Virus record (IMG/VR): IMGVR_UViG_3300030397_000177
Coordinates: 1 to 37,573 of that record
Reading direction: 5' to 3' (one strand)
Source: a virus
Taxonomy: Duplodnaviria; Caudoviricetes
Length of the DNA stretch: 37,573 bases
Part shown: positions 1-7,036 of the stretch, one piece after another
How positions within the stretch are numbered: position 1 is the stretch's first letter
Layout of the letters: every line of letters starts with the position of its first letter
Notes under the pieces: model-generated
The model's input: the letters and a program-made list of their open reading frames with translations, nothing else
Told to the model about the DNA's origin: nothing
Database searches by the model: none
Program-made: the position numbers and the translations under genes

Positions 1-17
1 GTTTCCCAGTCACGATC
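1..17 (+). other. Random-amplification (round A/B, SISPA-type) primer remnant, not phage sequence
   Basis: GTTTCCCAGTCACGATC at the contig start is the known primer tag. The next ~11 nt match 37441-37450 only imperfectly, as expected for a random N9 tail. Confidence 0.9.
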
Positions 18-28
18 GGTGAGGGGGA

Positions 29-151
29 AACTAGTATCACTTAATAGAGAAGATTGGAACTCAGATAGTAGAGAGCTTATGGTGACGAATATTAAAAGTA
101 AGGAACGACAAATGGTTCTGGTTAATAAAGAAGCATCTAAGTGGATAGACC
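29..151 (+). repeat. Terminal overlap, copy 1 (circular or complete genome of ~37,422 bp)
   Basis: 123 nt identical to 37451-37573. Confidence 0.95.
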
Positions 152-456
152 TATATATAGGTGAGAGGAAAGATGAATATGAATCGTTGTTTGCTTCTGA
201 GTACAGTGGGAGACTACATAGAGCTTCTATGATAGGAATACTCAATAAAGTAAAGAAAGAGTTAGGTATGAAAAAAGAACTTACATTCACTATTATAAGG
301 AAGACTATTATCTCTGAGTGGGCTGATAAAGCAGGAAACCCAAAATACACCCAAAATTGGGCTAGACATAGAAAACTAGAAACTACCCTAAACTACTATG
401 TTCATATTGAAAAAAACAAGGCGAAAATGATGTATAAAGAGCTTGTGGATAGGTAG
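29..456 (+). CDS. int: Tyrosine recombinase/integrase, C-terminal part
   Basis: IKSKERQ, TIIRKT (the HxxR position) and ARHRKLETTLNYY (second His and catalytic Tyr). The listed start at 19 is a primer artefact. Confidence 0.9.
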
Positions 457-458
457 TC

Positions 459-487
459 TTGACCACCTTTTAAAAACATGCTAATAT
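459..487 (+). promoter_or_regulatory. Sigma70-type promoter P1 for the RHH gene
   Basis: TTGACC-17 nt-TAATAT with an extended TGn. The ATG is 6 nt downstream, so the mRNA is near-leaderless. Confidence 0.65.
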
Positions 488-493
488 ATACAT

Positions 494-640
494 ATGAACA
501 AGAGGATTACAGTAAAGATTGATAGAGAAACGTACTATAAAGCCTATAAATACGTAGTAAAACAGAAAGCTAAGGGAAAAAAGGCATCGGTATCTCAGTT
601 CATAAGAGAGGCAATCTCTGAGAAGCTAAAAAGGATTTGA
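494..640 (+). CDS. Ribbon-helix-helix (CopG/Arc-like) DNA-binding protein, 48 aa (not in the ORF track)
   Basis: MNKRITVKIDRETYYKAYKYVVKQKAKGKKASVSQFIREAISEKLKRI: alternating beta-strand followed by an SVSQFIREAI helix. Confidence 0.75.
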   Translation: MNKRITVKIDRETYYKAYKYVVKQKAKGKKASVSQFIREAISEKLKRI

Positions 641-665
641 TTCACTTCTCAAAACATGCTATACT
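637..665 (+). promoter_or_regulatory. Sigma70-type promoter P2 pointing across attP into the early operon
   Basis: TTGATT-17 nt-TATACT with TGn. It shares AAAACATGCTA with P1. Confidence 0.65.
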
Positions 666-727
666 ACTAATGTAACTTAACAATCTTTGTAGAATACACC
701 ATATAGAGATTCTCTTCGTAGTAGGAA

Positions 728-768
728 TCATAACCCTAAGGTCGTGGGTTCAAGTCCCGCTCCCGCTA
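728..768 (+). other. attP: attP core: 3' half of an initiator tRNA-Met(CAT)
   Basis: TCATAACCCTAAGGTCGTGGGTTCAAGTCCCGCTCCCGCTA covers the anticodon loop, CCC stem, T-arm and acceptor 3' strand. There is no 5' half upstream, and it lies next to the integrase. Confidence 0.85.
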
Positions 769-793
769 CAATTAGCCATTTTTGGCAGAAGAG

Positions 794-821
794 ACGAATC
801 TTTATATAAGATTCGTTTTTT
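794..821 (+). terminator. Intrinsic terminator after the tRNA half
   Basis: ACGAATCTT-tatat-AAGATTCGT followed by TTTTT. Confidence 0.7.
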
Positions 822-876
822 CGTTGTCTTCTACAGAGTTATACACAAATATGGAAGCTGTAAAAGACACACAATT

Positions 877-993
877 AACTAAAGTAAGAATCCCAGTTTT
901 TATCTGGTGTACGTCTTTCCCCCAGAGCGCATTGCTCGTCACGGGGGTTGGCTTCCAACACACCTTTTAAGAGCTGGGATTTTTGTTTTAGTT
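877..993 (+). ncRNA. Long structured RNA element (~26-bp outer stem with G-U pairs and branched inner stems)
   Basis: AACTAAAGTAAGAATCCCAGTTTTTA pairs with TAAGAGCTGGGATTTTTGTTTTAGTT. Inner pairs are GGTGT/ACACC, CCCCC/GGGGG and GAGC/GCTC. Confidence 0.55.
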
Positions 994-996
994 TTT

Positions 997-1113
997 ATGT
1001 TCAAACTCAAATACAAAATAAAAAACAAAATCAGGGTTAAACGTTTCGATGACTACTCACTCATGCAGGAATGGATCAAGTGGTGCGAGTGGAAGGGTTA
1101 TGAATGTTGGTAG
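997..1113 (+). CDS. Small hypothetical protein (38 aa)
   Basis: ATG at 997 within ORF 907..1113, just after the hairpin. Confidence 0.5.
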   Translation: MFKLKYKIKNKIRVKRFDDYSLMQEWIKWCEWKGYECW

Positions 1114-1399
1114 TTAGTTAATAGGGAAGGTAGGGAAATGTTCCAGTTCGCTACTTCCTCACTTCCTCTATTAGTTAACTAATTATTGGTGAGGCCCCTA
1201 CTATGGCTCATGTGCAAGTCAAGGGAATCGGTCTTCCTCATCAATAACTAGTTAATTAGTTATATAAAACTTTCCCTGCAAAAAAGTCGAATACTATAGC
1301 TAATTAACGTACTGACGGGGTCCTCACGAAGGGTATTTTCATGAGGTAAATGGGAACTGACGAGCATACTGTTTACCCGTTAGTACGTTAGTTAGTTAA
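1111..1399 (+). ncRNA. Chain of four long overlapping hairpins joined by TAGTTA/TAATTA motifs
   Basis: Stems at 1111-1181, 1175-1255, 1251-1308 and 1297-1399. Deviations from Watson-Crick pairing are mostly G-U. Confidence 0.6.
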
Positions 1400-1447
1400 G
1401 GGTTCATTCCGTCGTAAGAGGGCGTGGACCGTTGAAAGGATAATGTT

Positions 1448-2296
1448 ATGAACACATTAACCAAAGAAAAGACTAACTCAGTTGAGTTAGCAATATCTGA
1501 TCTCTCAGAGATCAAAAAACTTACTGGTGAATCCAGTGCGGTGTCATTACCATATGCACCAATCATCAAGGTCAACAATAAAAAAGCAGATTCTGGACTA
1601 AAGACTAAGTTTATTACTGTAAATAAAGACGGTCAAAATTACGAAACCGTAGATTTTGCAGACGAATTTACTGCTCAAGTCTTGCTCGTACGATACTTTG
1701 TTTCTGAGCCTTATAAAAAGGATCAAAAGCCAACATGGTATTCAAGAGAATTTGATGACTTTACTTTTGACACGATCACAGTGTTTGACTCTGATTCTGA
1801 CAATGAAAAGTGGAAGGGTTCTTACTTCGACTTCAAGAAAAAATACTCAAGTTATGACGGCGACGGGAATAAGGTTAAAAGCTTATATAACTTTACAGTT
1901 AGTGTCTACCTGTTAGTTCAGGGCGGTCTTTACAGACTACACCTATCAGGTAGTTCACGAACAGCTTGGTTCGATTTCACTAAGACATTTTCTAGAAACG
2001 AAACCTGGTTACAAATCCCTGTTACTTTCTCTACCCGAGTTTGTACAGAGGAAGAACAAGGTAGTCTTGATAACCCCTGGAATATTGTAGAGATGAAGAA
2101 GGAAGAACCTGTCAGTGTAGAAGAACTTAATGAAAACGTTAAAAAGGTTACTGAGTTAAAAGGAATTCTCAGACAACTGTCTAACACTCCTTTAAACGAA
2201 ATAAAGGTCTCACCGAGTACTACATACACTGAAGAGGTAAATAAACAGTTAGAGGGTGCGCAGATTCAAGATAATGTAGGGGTTATCCCATTCTAA
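1448..2296 (+). CDS. Putative ssDNA-binding/recombination protein
   Basis: First large early gene, aromatic and beta-rich, with a flexible tail ending in IPF like an SSB C-terminal tip. Confidence 0.45.
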   Translation: MNTLTKEKTNSVELAISDLSEIKKLTGESSAVSLPYAPIIKVNNKKADSGLKTKFITVNKDGQNYETVDFADEFTAQVLLVRYFVSEPYKKDQKPTWYSREFDDFTFDTITVFDSDSDNEKWKGSYFDFKKKYSSYDGDGNKVKSLYNFTVSVYLLVQGGLYRLHLSGSSRTAWFDFTKTFSRNETWLQIPVTFSTRVCTEEEQGSLDNPWNIVEMKKEEPVSVEELNENVKKVTELKGILRQLSNTPLNEIKVSPSTTYTEEVNKQLEGAQIQDNVGVIPF

Positions 2297-2425
2297 GTAT
2301 GGAACCTATTTATCAAATAAGTGTAAAGCCTGTAAATTGGGACATTTGTAAAAACCCAGACTGTTGGGTAGATAAAATGATGGGGGGATGCTCCAGATGT
2401 CATAAGGCCATAGCAGACTACGAAT

Positions 2426-2653
2426 ATGAACGACAACCAACTACACAACCTAAGAACAAAAGAAACCAAAATACGAATTTACAAAAAGCCGTGGAAAGAA
2501 ATTAGTGGTACTGAGTTAGATAGTCATATCTTAGAAGACTGGAAATGTGCAACTGAGTTTTGTAAAGGACGTGTTACTGGACCGATAGTAAAGTTCTTTA
2601 ATAAAGATGTGACTGCCGTAAAGTGTTACGAGTGTCAAGATAACAATCGATAG
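2426..2653 (+). CDS. Small zinc-ribbon hypothetical protein
   Basis: CxxxxC...CYEC. It overlaps another Cys-rich ORF, 2299..2505. Confidence 0.45.
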   Translation: MNDNQLHNLRTKETKIRIYKKPWKEISGTELDSHILEDWKCATEFCKGRVTGPIVKFFNKDVTAVKCYECQDNNR

Positions 2654-2654
2654 T

Positions 2655-2849
2655 ATGGATAAAGAAACACGAACAATTATTGGACAAGTAAAACACTTAT
2701 TAGAGCAGTCAAATAAGCACTTTAATGAACTGGATTTACAACAAGCAAAGAAGTATCAGAGTCAAGCTATAGAAGAGCTAGCTAAATTAATGGGTGAGTA
2801 TGGTTTTGTTGAATACAAGATCAACTCATGGTTAGAACAAGATAACTAA
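2655..2849 (+). CDS. Hypothetical protein
   Basis: Tightly packed ORF in the early operon. Confidence 0.6.
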   Translation: MDKETRTIIGQVKHLLEQSNKHFNELDLQQAKKYQSQAIEELAKLMGEYGFVEYKINSWLEQDN

Positions 2850-2855
2850 AAATAT

Positions 2856-3071
2856 ATGAAACTATTTAAAACAAAAACAAAACATTTACACGTTCATCTT
2901 GGTTACTTTTTGATCATACTAGGCATATTAGCAACAGTTACAGGAGTATTTGCTGCTAAGGGTCAAGTAGATCAACTCACAGCCTATCAGGAGGCTTATG
3001 AGAGCCAAGTAATGACCGTACAACACTTAACACTAGAGTTAGACTCTTTAAAAGCCTTAGGGAGCAACTAG
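2856..3071 (+). CDS. Membrane-anchored coiled-coil protein (0-frame product of a probable -1 frameshift gene)
   Basis: TM segment LGYFLIILGILATVTGVFA. Slippery site T TTA AAA at 3047-3053. Confidence 0.7.
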   Translation: MKLFKTKTKHLHVHLGYFLIILGILATVTGVFAAKGQVDQLTAYQEAYESQVMTVQHLTLELDSLKALGSN

Positions 3072-3412
3072 AGGCTCCCAGAGAGTATGAGTATAACGAA
3101 CAAGTACCTGTAGAAATAGTAAAGGCTGAAATAGTGAAACAAGCAAGACAATTTGGAGTAGATGAGACGAGGGCATTAGCTCTAGCAAAGTGTGAAAGTA
3201 ACTTTAATAACTTAGCAGTTAATCACGAAGGTTCTACAGCAACAGGTGTTTATCAGTACGTAATCCGTACGTGGATGGCTACAGGAAGCTGGAAAGTCTA
3301 TAGAAGAGCTAGAACTGATTATAAGGCTAATATATTCGAGACAATGATTAAATTATCGTCAGGACAGTCCCATCATTGGAAAGTCTGTGGACGAGTAGCA
3401 GGGTTTCATTAA
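3053..3412 (+). CDS. Lytic transglycosylase (SLT/lysozyme-like) domain, probably reached by -1 frameshift
   Basis: AKCESNFN (catalytic E) and ATGVYQY. The frame is open from 3002 with no ATG before the domain. Confidence 0.75.
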   Translation, partial: SLREQLEAPREYEYNEQVPVEIVKAEIVKQARQFGVDETRALALAKCESNFNNLAVNHEGSTATGVYQYVIRTWMATGSWKVYRRARTDYKANIFETMIKLSSGQSHHWKVCGRVAGFH

Positions 3413-3469
3413 ACAATCTATTAATAGAGTTTTAGTCGAGCGTTTCTCTAGAATAAAAAAAGGCCGCAA

Positions 3470-3538
3470 GCTAGTAGTCATACGAAAATTGCCCGCTCTG
3501 TCTACCCATACAACGGGCGACCTGGTATGACTATTAGC
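3470..3538 (+). ncRNA. Long intergenic hairpin
   Basis: GCTAGTAGTCATAC/GTATGACTATTAGC plus an inner TTGCCCG/CGGGCGA stem. Confidence 0.5.
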
Positions 3539-3716
3539 CAACGACATTTTAAGGAAAAGAGGATTAATGTGATAGCAATGGAACAGGGGTTAAATATCCG
3601 TCTTTATGCCTTAAAATTAATAGATTTATAGAAAAAAGTCAATTAGCCTTTCCAGGGGTAATATGGGTAACCTATGGAGAAAAAATTGAAAAATTTAAAA
3701 CATAACTCAATTCACC

Positions 3717-4016
3717 ATGCCGAAAGAAGTTATAAAGATAGAAGACGGAGTAAACTTAGTTTTCAATGTTTTCTACGAATCAATCAATCCAACAATTAAC
3801 TATGCTAATAAAAGTTATAGAAATTCAGCTAACGAACTAATACTAAAGTTTGGACTGGAAAAGACAATTAGTGCTGCACGTTATGCCGTAAGTATCCAGG
3901 GTAAAAAGTATGCACCATTAATTACAACGCCTCACGAGTTGAAAGAAAAAATGGCGAAGCTGGTAATTTTCTATAAAAGGCAAGAAGATAATAAACCTAA
4001 AATCGCTAATATCTAA
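3717..4016 (+). CDS. Hypothetical protein resembling the C-terminal domain of phage replication initiators
   Basis: ITTPHELKEKMAKL-type segment and position in the early region. Recognised by eye only. Confidence 0.4.
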   Translation: MPKEVIKIEDGVNLVFNVFYESINPTINYANKSYRNSANELILKFGLEKTISAARYAVSIQGKKYAPLITTPHELKEKMAKLVIFYKRQEDNKPKIANI

Positions 4017-4018
4017 CT

Positions 4019-4435
4019 ATGAACGATCTATCAACACAGTCGAAAAGCTACGTAATAAAGTTCCACGATGGAAGTAAAAAGCTTGTTACTAAGGAACAAT
4101 ACGTCAACCTATTAGAGGCAGAAGCGCAGGGAATGGAGTCTATAAACTTTAGCGACGGAACAGGATCGTATAAGTTTAGTTCCATACAGAAGTATTTACC
4201 GTTGGACGAGTATTACAACCAGTACCCAAAAGAAAGGCTTGTAGAGTACCCAAACCACGAGTACACACCAAAAAAACCGTGGAAACTAGCAAGGTCGAAA
4301 AGAGCAATAACTGGTTTTTTGAAAGGTTTTGAATCATCCAAGGTAAGAGAACATGGCAAAGAGAAATGGGAGTCTATGAAGCATGATAACGAACACTATC
4401 GAAAGATTTTAAAACGAGTTAAAGAATTTGAATAA
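4019..4435 (+). CDS. Hypothetical protein
   Basis: Coupled ORF, 138 aa. Confidence 0.6.
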   Translation: MNDLSTQSKSYVIKFHDGSKKLVTKEQYVNLLEAEAQGMESINFSDGTGSYKFSSIQKYLPLDEYYNQYPKERLVEYPNHEYTPKKPWKLARSKRAITGFLKGFESSKVREHGKEKWESMKHDNEHYRKILKRVKEFE

Positions 4436-4581
4436 TATGTCTAACCAAGAATTAGCAGAAAAGTTACAAGTTATATTAACTGAGATAGTAATCCAGTTGA
4501 AAGTTGTGGATATTAGTATGCCAGAGAACTGGGCAGATAATATGCTTAAGGAAATAGAGGGACTAAGTAACGAAAACTAAT

Positions 4582-5079
4582 ATGCAACAGGTATTATTTC
4601 AAAACTATCTAGACCCAATCAAGCTTAAAGAAGGCAAGACTAAGTGTCCATGTTGTAACAGAGCTATGAAAGCATTTGGTTACTCGTTGAATGAAAACCT
4701 TATTGAGTACGCTGGGTTCATCTATGACCATTGTAAGTATCAGAAGAATGACATGTTTTTAAGTAAACATGTGTCACCAGATCATAAGTTTCTTAGCCAG
4801 TTTCAGAAGCTTAAACCATTCGGAATCATTAGACGCCAGAAGAAAAGTAGTTACTGGAAGTTAACTAGATTAGGTAAACAGTTTATGGAAGGTAGAGCAG
4901 CGTTACCAGAAAAGGTATGGGTGTTTAATGACGAAGTAGTACTTGAATCAGACGAACAAGTAAACGTGGGACAAGCTAAGAGAACAAAGGAGTGGAAACA
5001 ATGCAGTTTTGATTGGGTAGTAGATTACATACCTCAAGGTTATAAAACAGAGTTAAGAGTTAAAGAATTAAGTTTATGA
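4582..5079 (+). CDS. Hypothetical protein with a CPCC motif and a possible winged-helix end
   Basis: CPCC and YWKLTRLGKQF. Confidence 0.55.
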   Translation: MQQVLFQNYLDPIKLKEGKTKCPCCNRAMKAFGYSLNENLIEYAGFIYDHCKYQKNDMFLSKHVSPDHKFLSQFQKLKPFGIIRRQKKSSYWKLTRLGKQFMEGRAALPEKVWVFNDEVVLESDEQVNVGQAKRTKEWKQCSFDWVVDYIPQGYKTELRVKELSL

Positions 5080-5153
5080 GTAAAACGTCATCTTCAAGTA
5101 GTGGAATTGGATTTACTGGACTGCTTACCATAGTGTTTATCACAACGTATTAG
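5076..5153 (+). pseudogene. Truncated small phage membrane protein
   Basis: MSKTSSSSSGIGFTGLLTIVFIT followed by an early stop. It resembles the N-terminus of a common phage protein that normally continues LKL...WSWWWV (from memory). Confidence 0.45.
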
Positions 5154-5179
5154 GAGAAGTACAAGAAGCAAATGACGCT

Positions 5180-5368
5180 ATGAAAGTAGGTACGATCATT
5201 CACGAGACTCTAGAAGACGAACGATACCCGTGGCAAAAAGAACTAATGGAACTAGGACTTGAAAGAAAACATTTAATAAAGACTAGAAAGATGTTAGATA
5301 AAGCGTTAGCAAAAAGATTCGGTAAAGCAGAAGAAACGTTAATAGCTGAAACACGAAGAAATAGCTGA
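5180..5368 (+). CDS. Hypothetical protein
   Basis: ORF in the operon. Confidence 0.45.
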   Translation: MKVGTIIHETLEDERYPWQKELMELGLERKHLIKTRKMLDKALAKRFGKAEETLIAETRRNS

Positions 5369-5472
5369 GAAGATTGATAGATGTGTAGAAGAACTTAAAA
5401 GACTAGGTTGGTGGCATAAAAGGTTAAGTAAGAAGGAGAGATATAAATTAGTAACTGATCCAATGTTATAAC

Positions 5473-6237
5473 ATGTCAATAATAAGTTTAATTAAAAAAT
5501 ATATGTCAAAATGTCAATATTGTGATAAGCAACACGAAAGAAACAATACGGGATGTAACAACTCAGGAGACTGGAACTCAGGATACAGGAACTCAGGAGA
5601 CTGGAACTCAGGATACAGGAACTCAGGAGACTGGAACTCAGGATACAGGAACTCAGGATACTGGAACTCAGGAGACTGGAACTCAGGAGACTGGAACTCA
5701 GGATACAGGAACTCAGGATACTGGAACTCAGGAGACTGGAACTCAGGAGACTGGAACTCAGGAGACTGGAACTCAGGAGACTGGAACTCAGGATACTGGA
5801 ACTCAGGAGACTGGAACTCAGGATACTGGAACTCAGGATACTTTAATACTAACTCACCAGACAAAATAAGAGTGTTCAATCAATGGTTAGATATGACCCA
5901 TGAGGAATTCAACGATAAGTATAACTTATATGCAGATATTCCTCTTAACAGATGGATTAATAAAGACGATATGACCGAATCTGAGAAAAGTAAAGTTGAG
6001 GGCTGGGAGCAAATGGGTGGTTACTTAAAAACTCTTGACTTCAAAGAAGCCTGTAAGATTTGGTGGGATGAAAACCCTAGCGAACATAAAAGATTCTTAG
6101 AAATACCAGGCTTTGATTGGGATATATTCACTGAAATAACTGGTATTGAACAAACTAAAGAAAACGTAATCACTATCAACGGTAAAGAGTATTCAGAATC
6201 TACCATTAAAAAAGCTTTGCAAGAGTATGTTAAATAG
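5473..6237 (+). CDS. NSG[DY][WR] pentapeptide-repeat protein (likely start 5503)
   Basis: 19 pentapeptide repeats and a C-terminal FLEIPGFDWDIFTEITGI domain. Confidence 0.8.
   Translation: MSIISLIKKYMSKCQYCDKQHERNNTGCNNSGDWNSGYRNSGDWNSGYRNSGDWNSGYRNSGYWNSGDWNSGDWNSGYRNSGYWNSGDWNSGDWNSGDWNSGDWNSGYWNSGDWNSGYWNSGYFNTNSPDKIRVFNQWLDMTHEEFNDKYNLYADIPLNRWINKDDMTESEKSKVEGWEQMGGYLKTLDFKEACKIWWDENPSEHKRFLEIPGFDWDIFTEITGIEQTKENVITINGKEYSESTIKKALQEYVK
5560..5844 (+). repeat. Tandem repeat, 19 x 15 nt AACTCAGGA(G/T)AC(T/A)GG
   Basis: Read directly from the sequence. Confidence 0.95.
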
Positions 6238-6250
6238 TTGATCCAATGTT

Positions 6251-6676
6251 ATGAATAGAGAAAAAAAGTATAGACCTACAATAGCCATAGATTTCGATGG
6301 CGTAATTCATAAATATTCAGAGGGGTGGAAAGATGGGAGTATTTACGATGAGCCAATAGAAGGTGCGCTAAAAGCAATAAAAGAGTTAATGAAAGATTAT
6401 AGTGTATTTATTTTTTCCACACGTAGTCCTTGGCAGATAGTTAGATGGCTGAATAGTGGGGAACATTATCCTTACTGTGGTGCGATGGCATATGACACAG
6501 CTAATGGATACGAGGCACGAGTTATACCGTTCTGGGTGAAATTTTGGAATAAGAAAGACGTATTAGGGGTAACTCGTCGAAAACTTCCAGCAATGGTTTA
6601 TGTTGATGATAGGGCACTTAAATTTGAAGGAGATTGGTTGAAAACACTTAATGAAGTAGTCGTAACGGTGAAGTAA
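6251..6676 (+). CDS. HAD-superfamily phosphatase/nucleotidase-like protein
   Basis: IAIDFDGVIH, FSTR and VYVDDRA motifs. Confidence 0.8.
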   Translation: MNREKKYRPTIAIDFDGVIHKYSEGWKDGSIYDEPIEGALKAIKELMKDYSVFIFSTRSPWQIVRWLNSGEHYPYCGAMAYDTANGYEARVIPFWVKFWNKKDVLGVTRRKLPAMVYVDDRALKFEGDWLKTLNEVVVTVK

Positions 6677-6678
6677 CC

Positions 6679-7032
6679 ATGCCTAAAAAAAGCTCGTCAA
6701 TATCAACTTTAAAGAAAAAAGCCGATAGATTAATGCAAGAATACTTCCGTAAACAGGAGTTAATGTGTGAAGGGTGCGGTAAACCAGCAGATTGCATGCA
6801 TCATTACTTTCCGAAAAGCAGAGCCTTTAGTTTACGGTATTATGAACCGAATTTAATCGCGGTTTGCCAGGGATGCCATTTTGCTCATCATAACGGAGAT
6901 CCTAGACTACACCATAAAGTTGAACAGAAACGACAACTAGGATGGCATGAAGATTTAATTAAAAGAAAAAACGAAGACATAAGACCAACAAAAGGTTATT
7001 TAGAAAGTATTATAGAAAAGTATTCAGGTTAG
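6679..7032 (+). CDS. NinG/HNH-like endonuclease
   Basis: CEGC...HHYFPKS...NLIAVCQGCH. Confidence 0.75.
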   Translation: MPKKSSSISTLKKKADRLMQEYFRKQELMCEGCGKPADCMHHYFPKSRAFSLRYYEPNLIAVCQGCHFAHHNGDPRLHHKVEQKRQLGWHEDLIKRKNEDIRPTKGYLESIIEKYSG

Positions 7033-7036
7033 GTAT

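Noticed and set aside
19-28. GTG start of a 145-aa integrase, or a truncated pseudogene
   Set aside because: This is a primer-tail artefact. The gene is intact across the circular junction from 37009.
695-770. Complete phage-encoded tRNA-Met
   Set aside because: There is no D-arm or acceptor 5' strand complementary to TCCCGCT upstream. Only the 3' half is present, which fits attP.
1111-1399. CRISPR mini-array or hammerhead ribozyme (CTGACGAG near 1357)
   Set aside because: The junction motifs are short, non-identical and irregularly spaced, and no correctly placed GAAA/stem II was found for a hammerhead.
2856-3412. Stop-codon reassignment or TAG readthrough joining these ORFs
   Set aside because: The two ORFs are in different frames, and long genes are intact under code 11 with all three stops in use.
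5560-5844. CRISPR array or DGR template/variable repeat
   Set aside because: The 15-nt units are contiguous, lack spacers and are in frame within a protein. No cas or reverse transcriptase gene was recognised in the genome.
5514-5879. Alternative-frame ORFs (PEFQS repeats on minus, QETGT repeats on plus)
   Set aside because: These are by-products of a stop-free 15-nt repeat. Only the NSG frame continues into a plausible domain.
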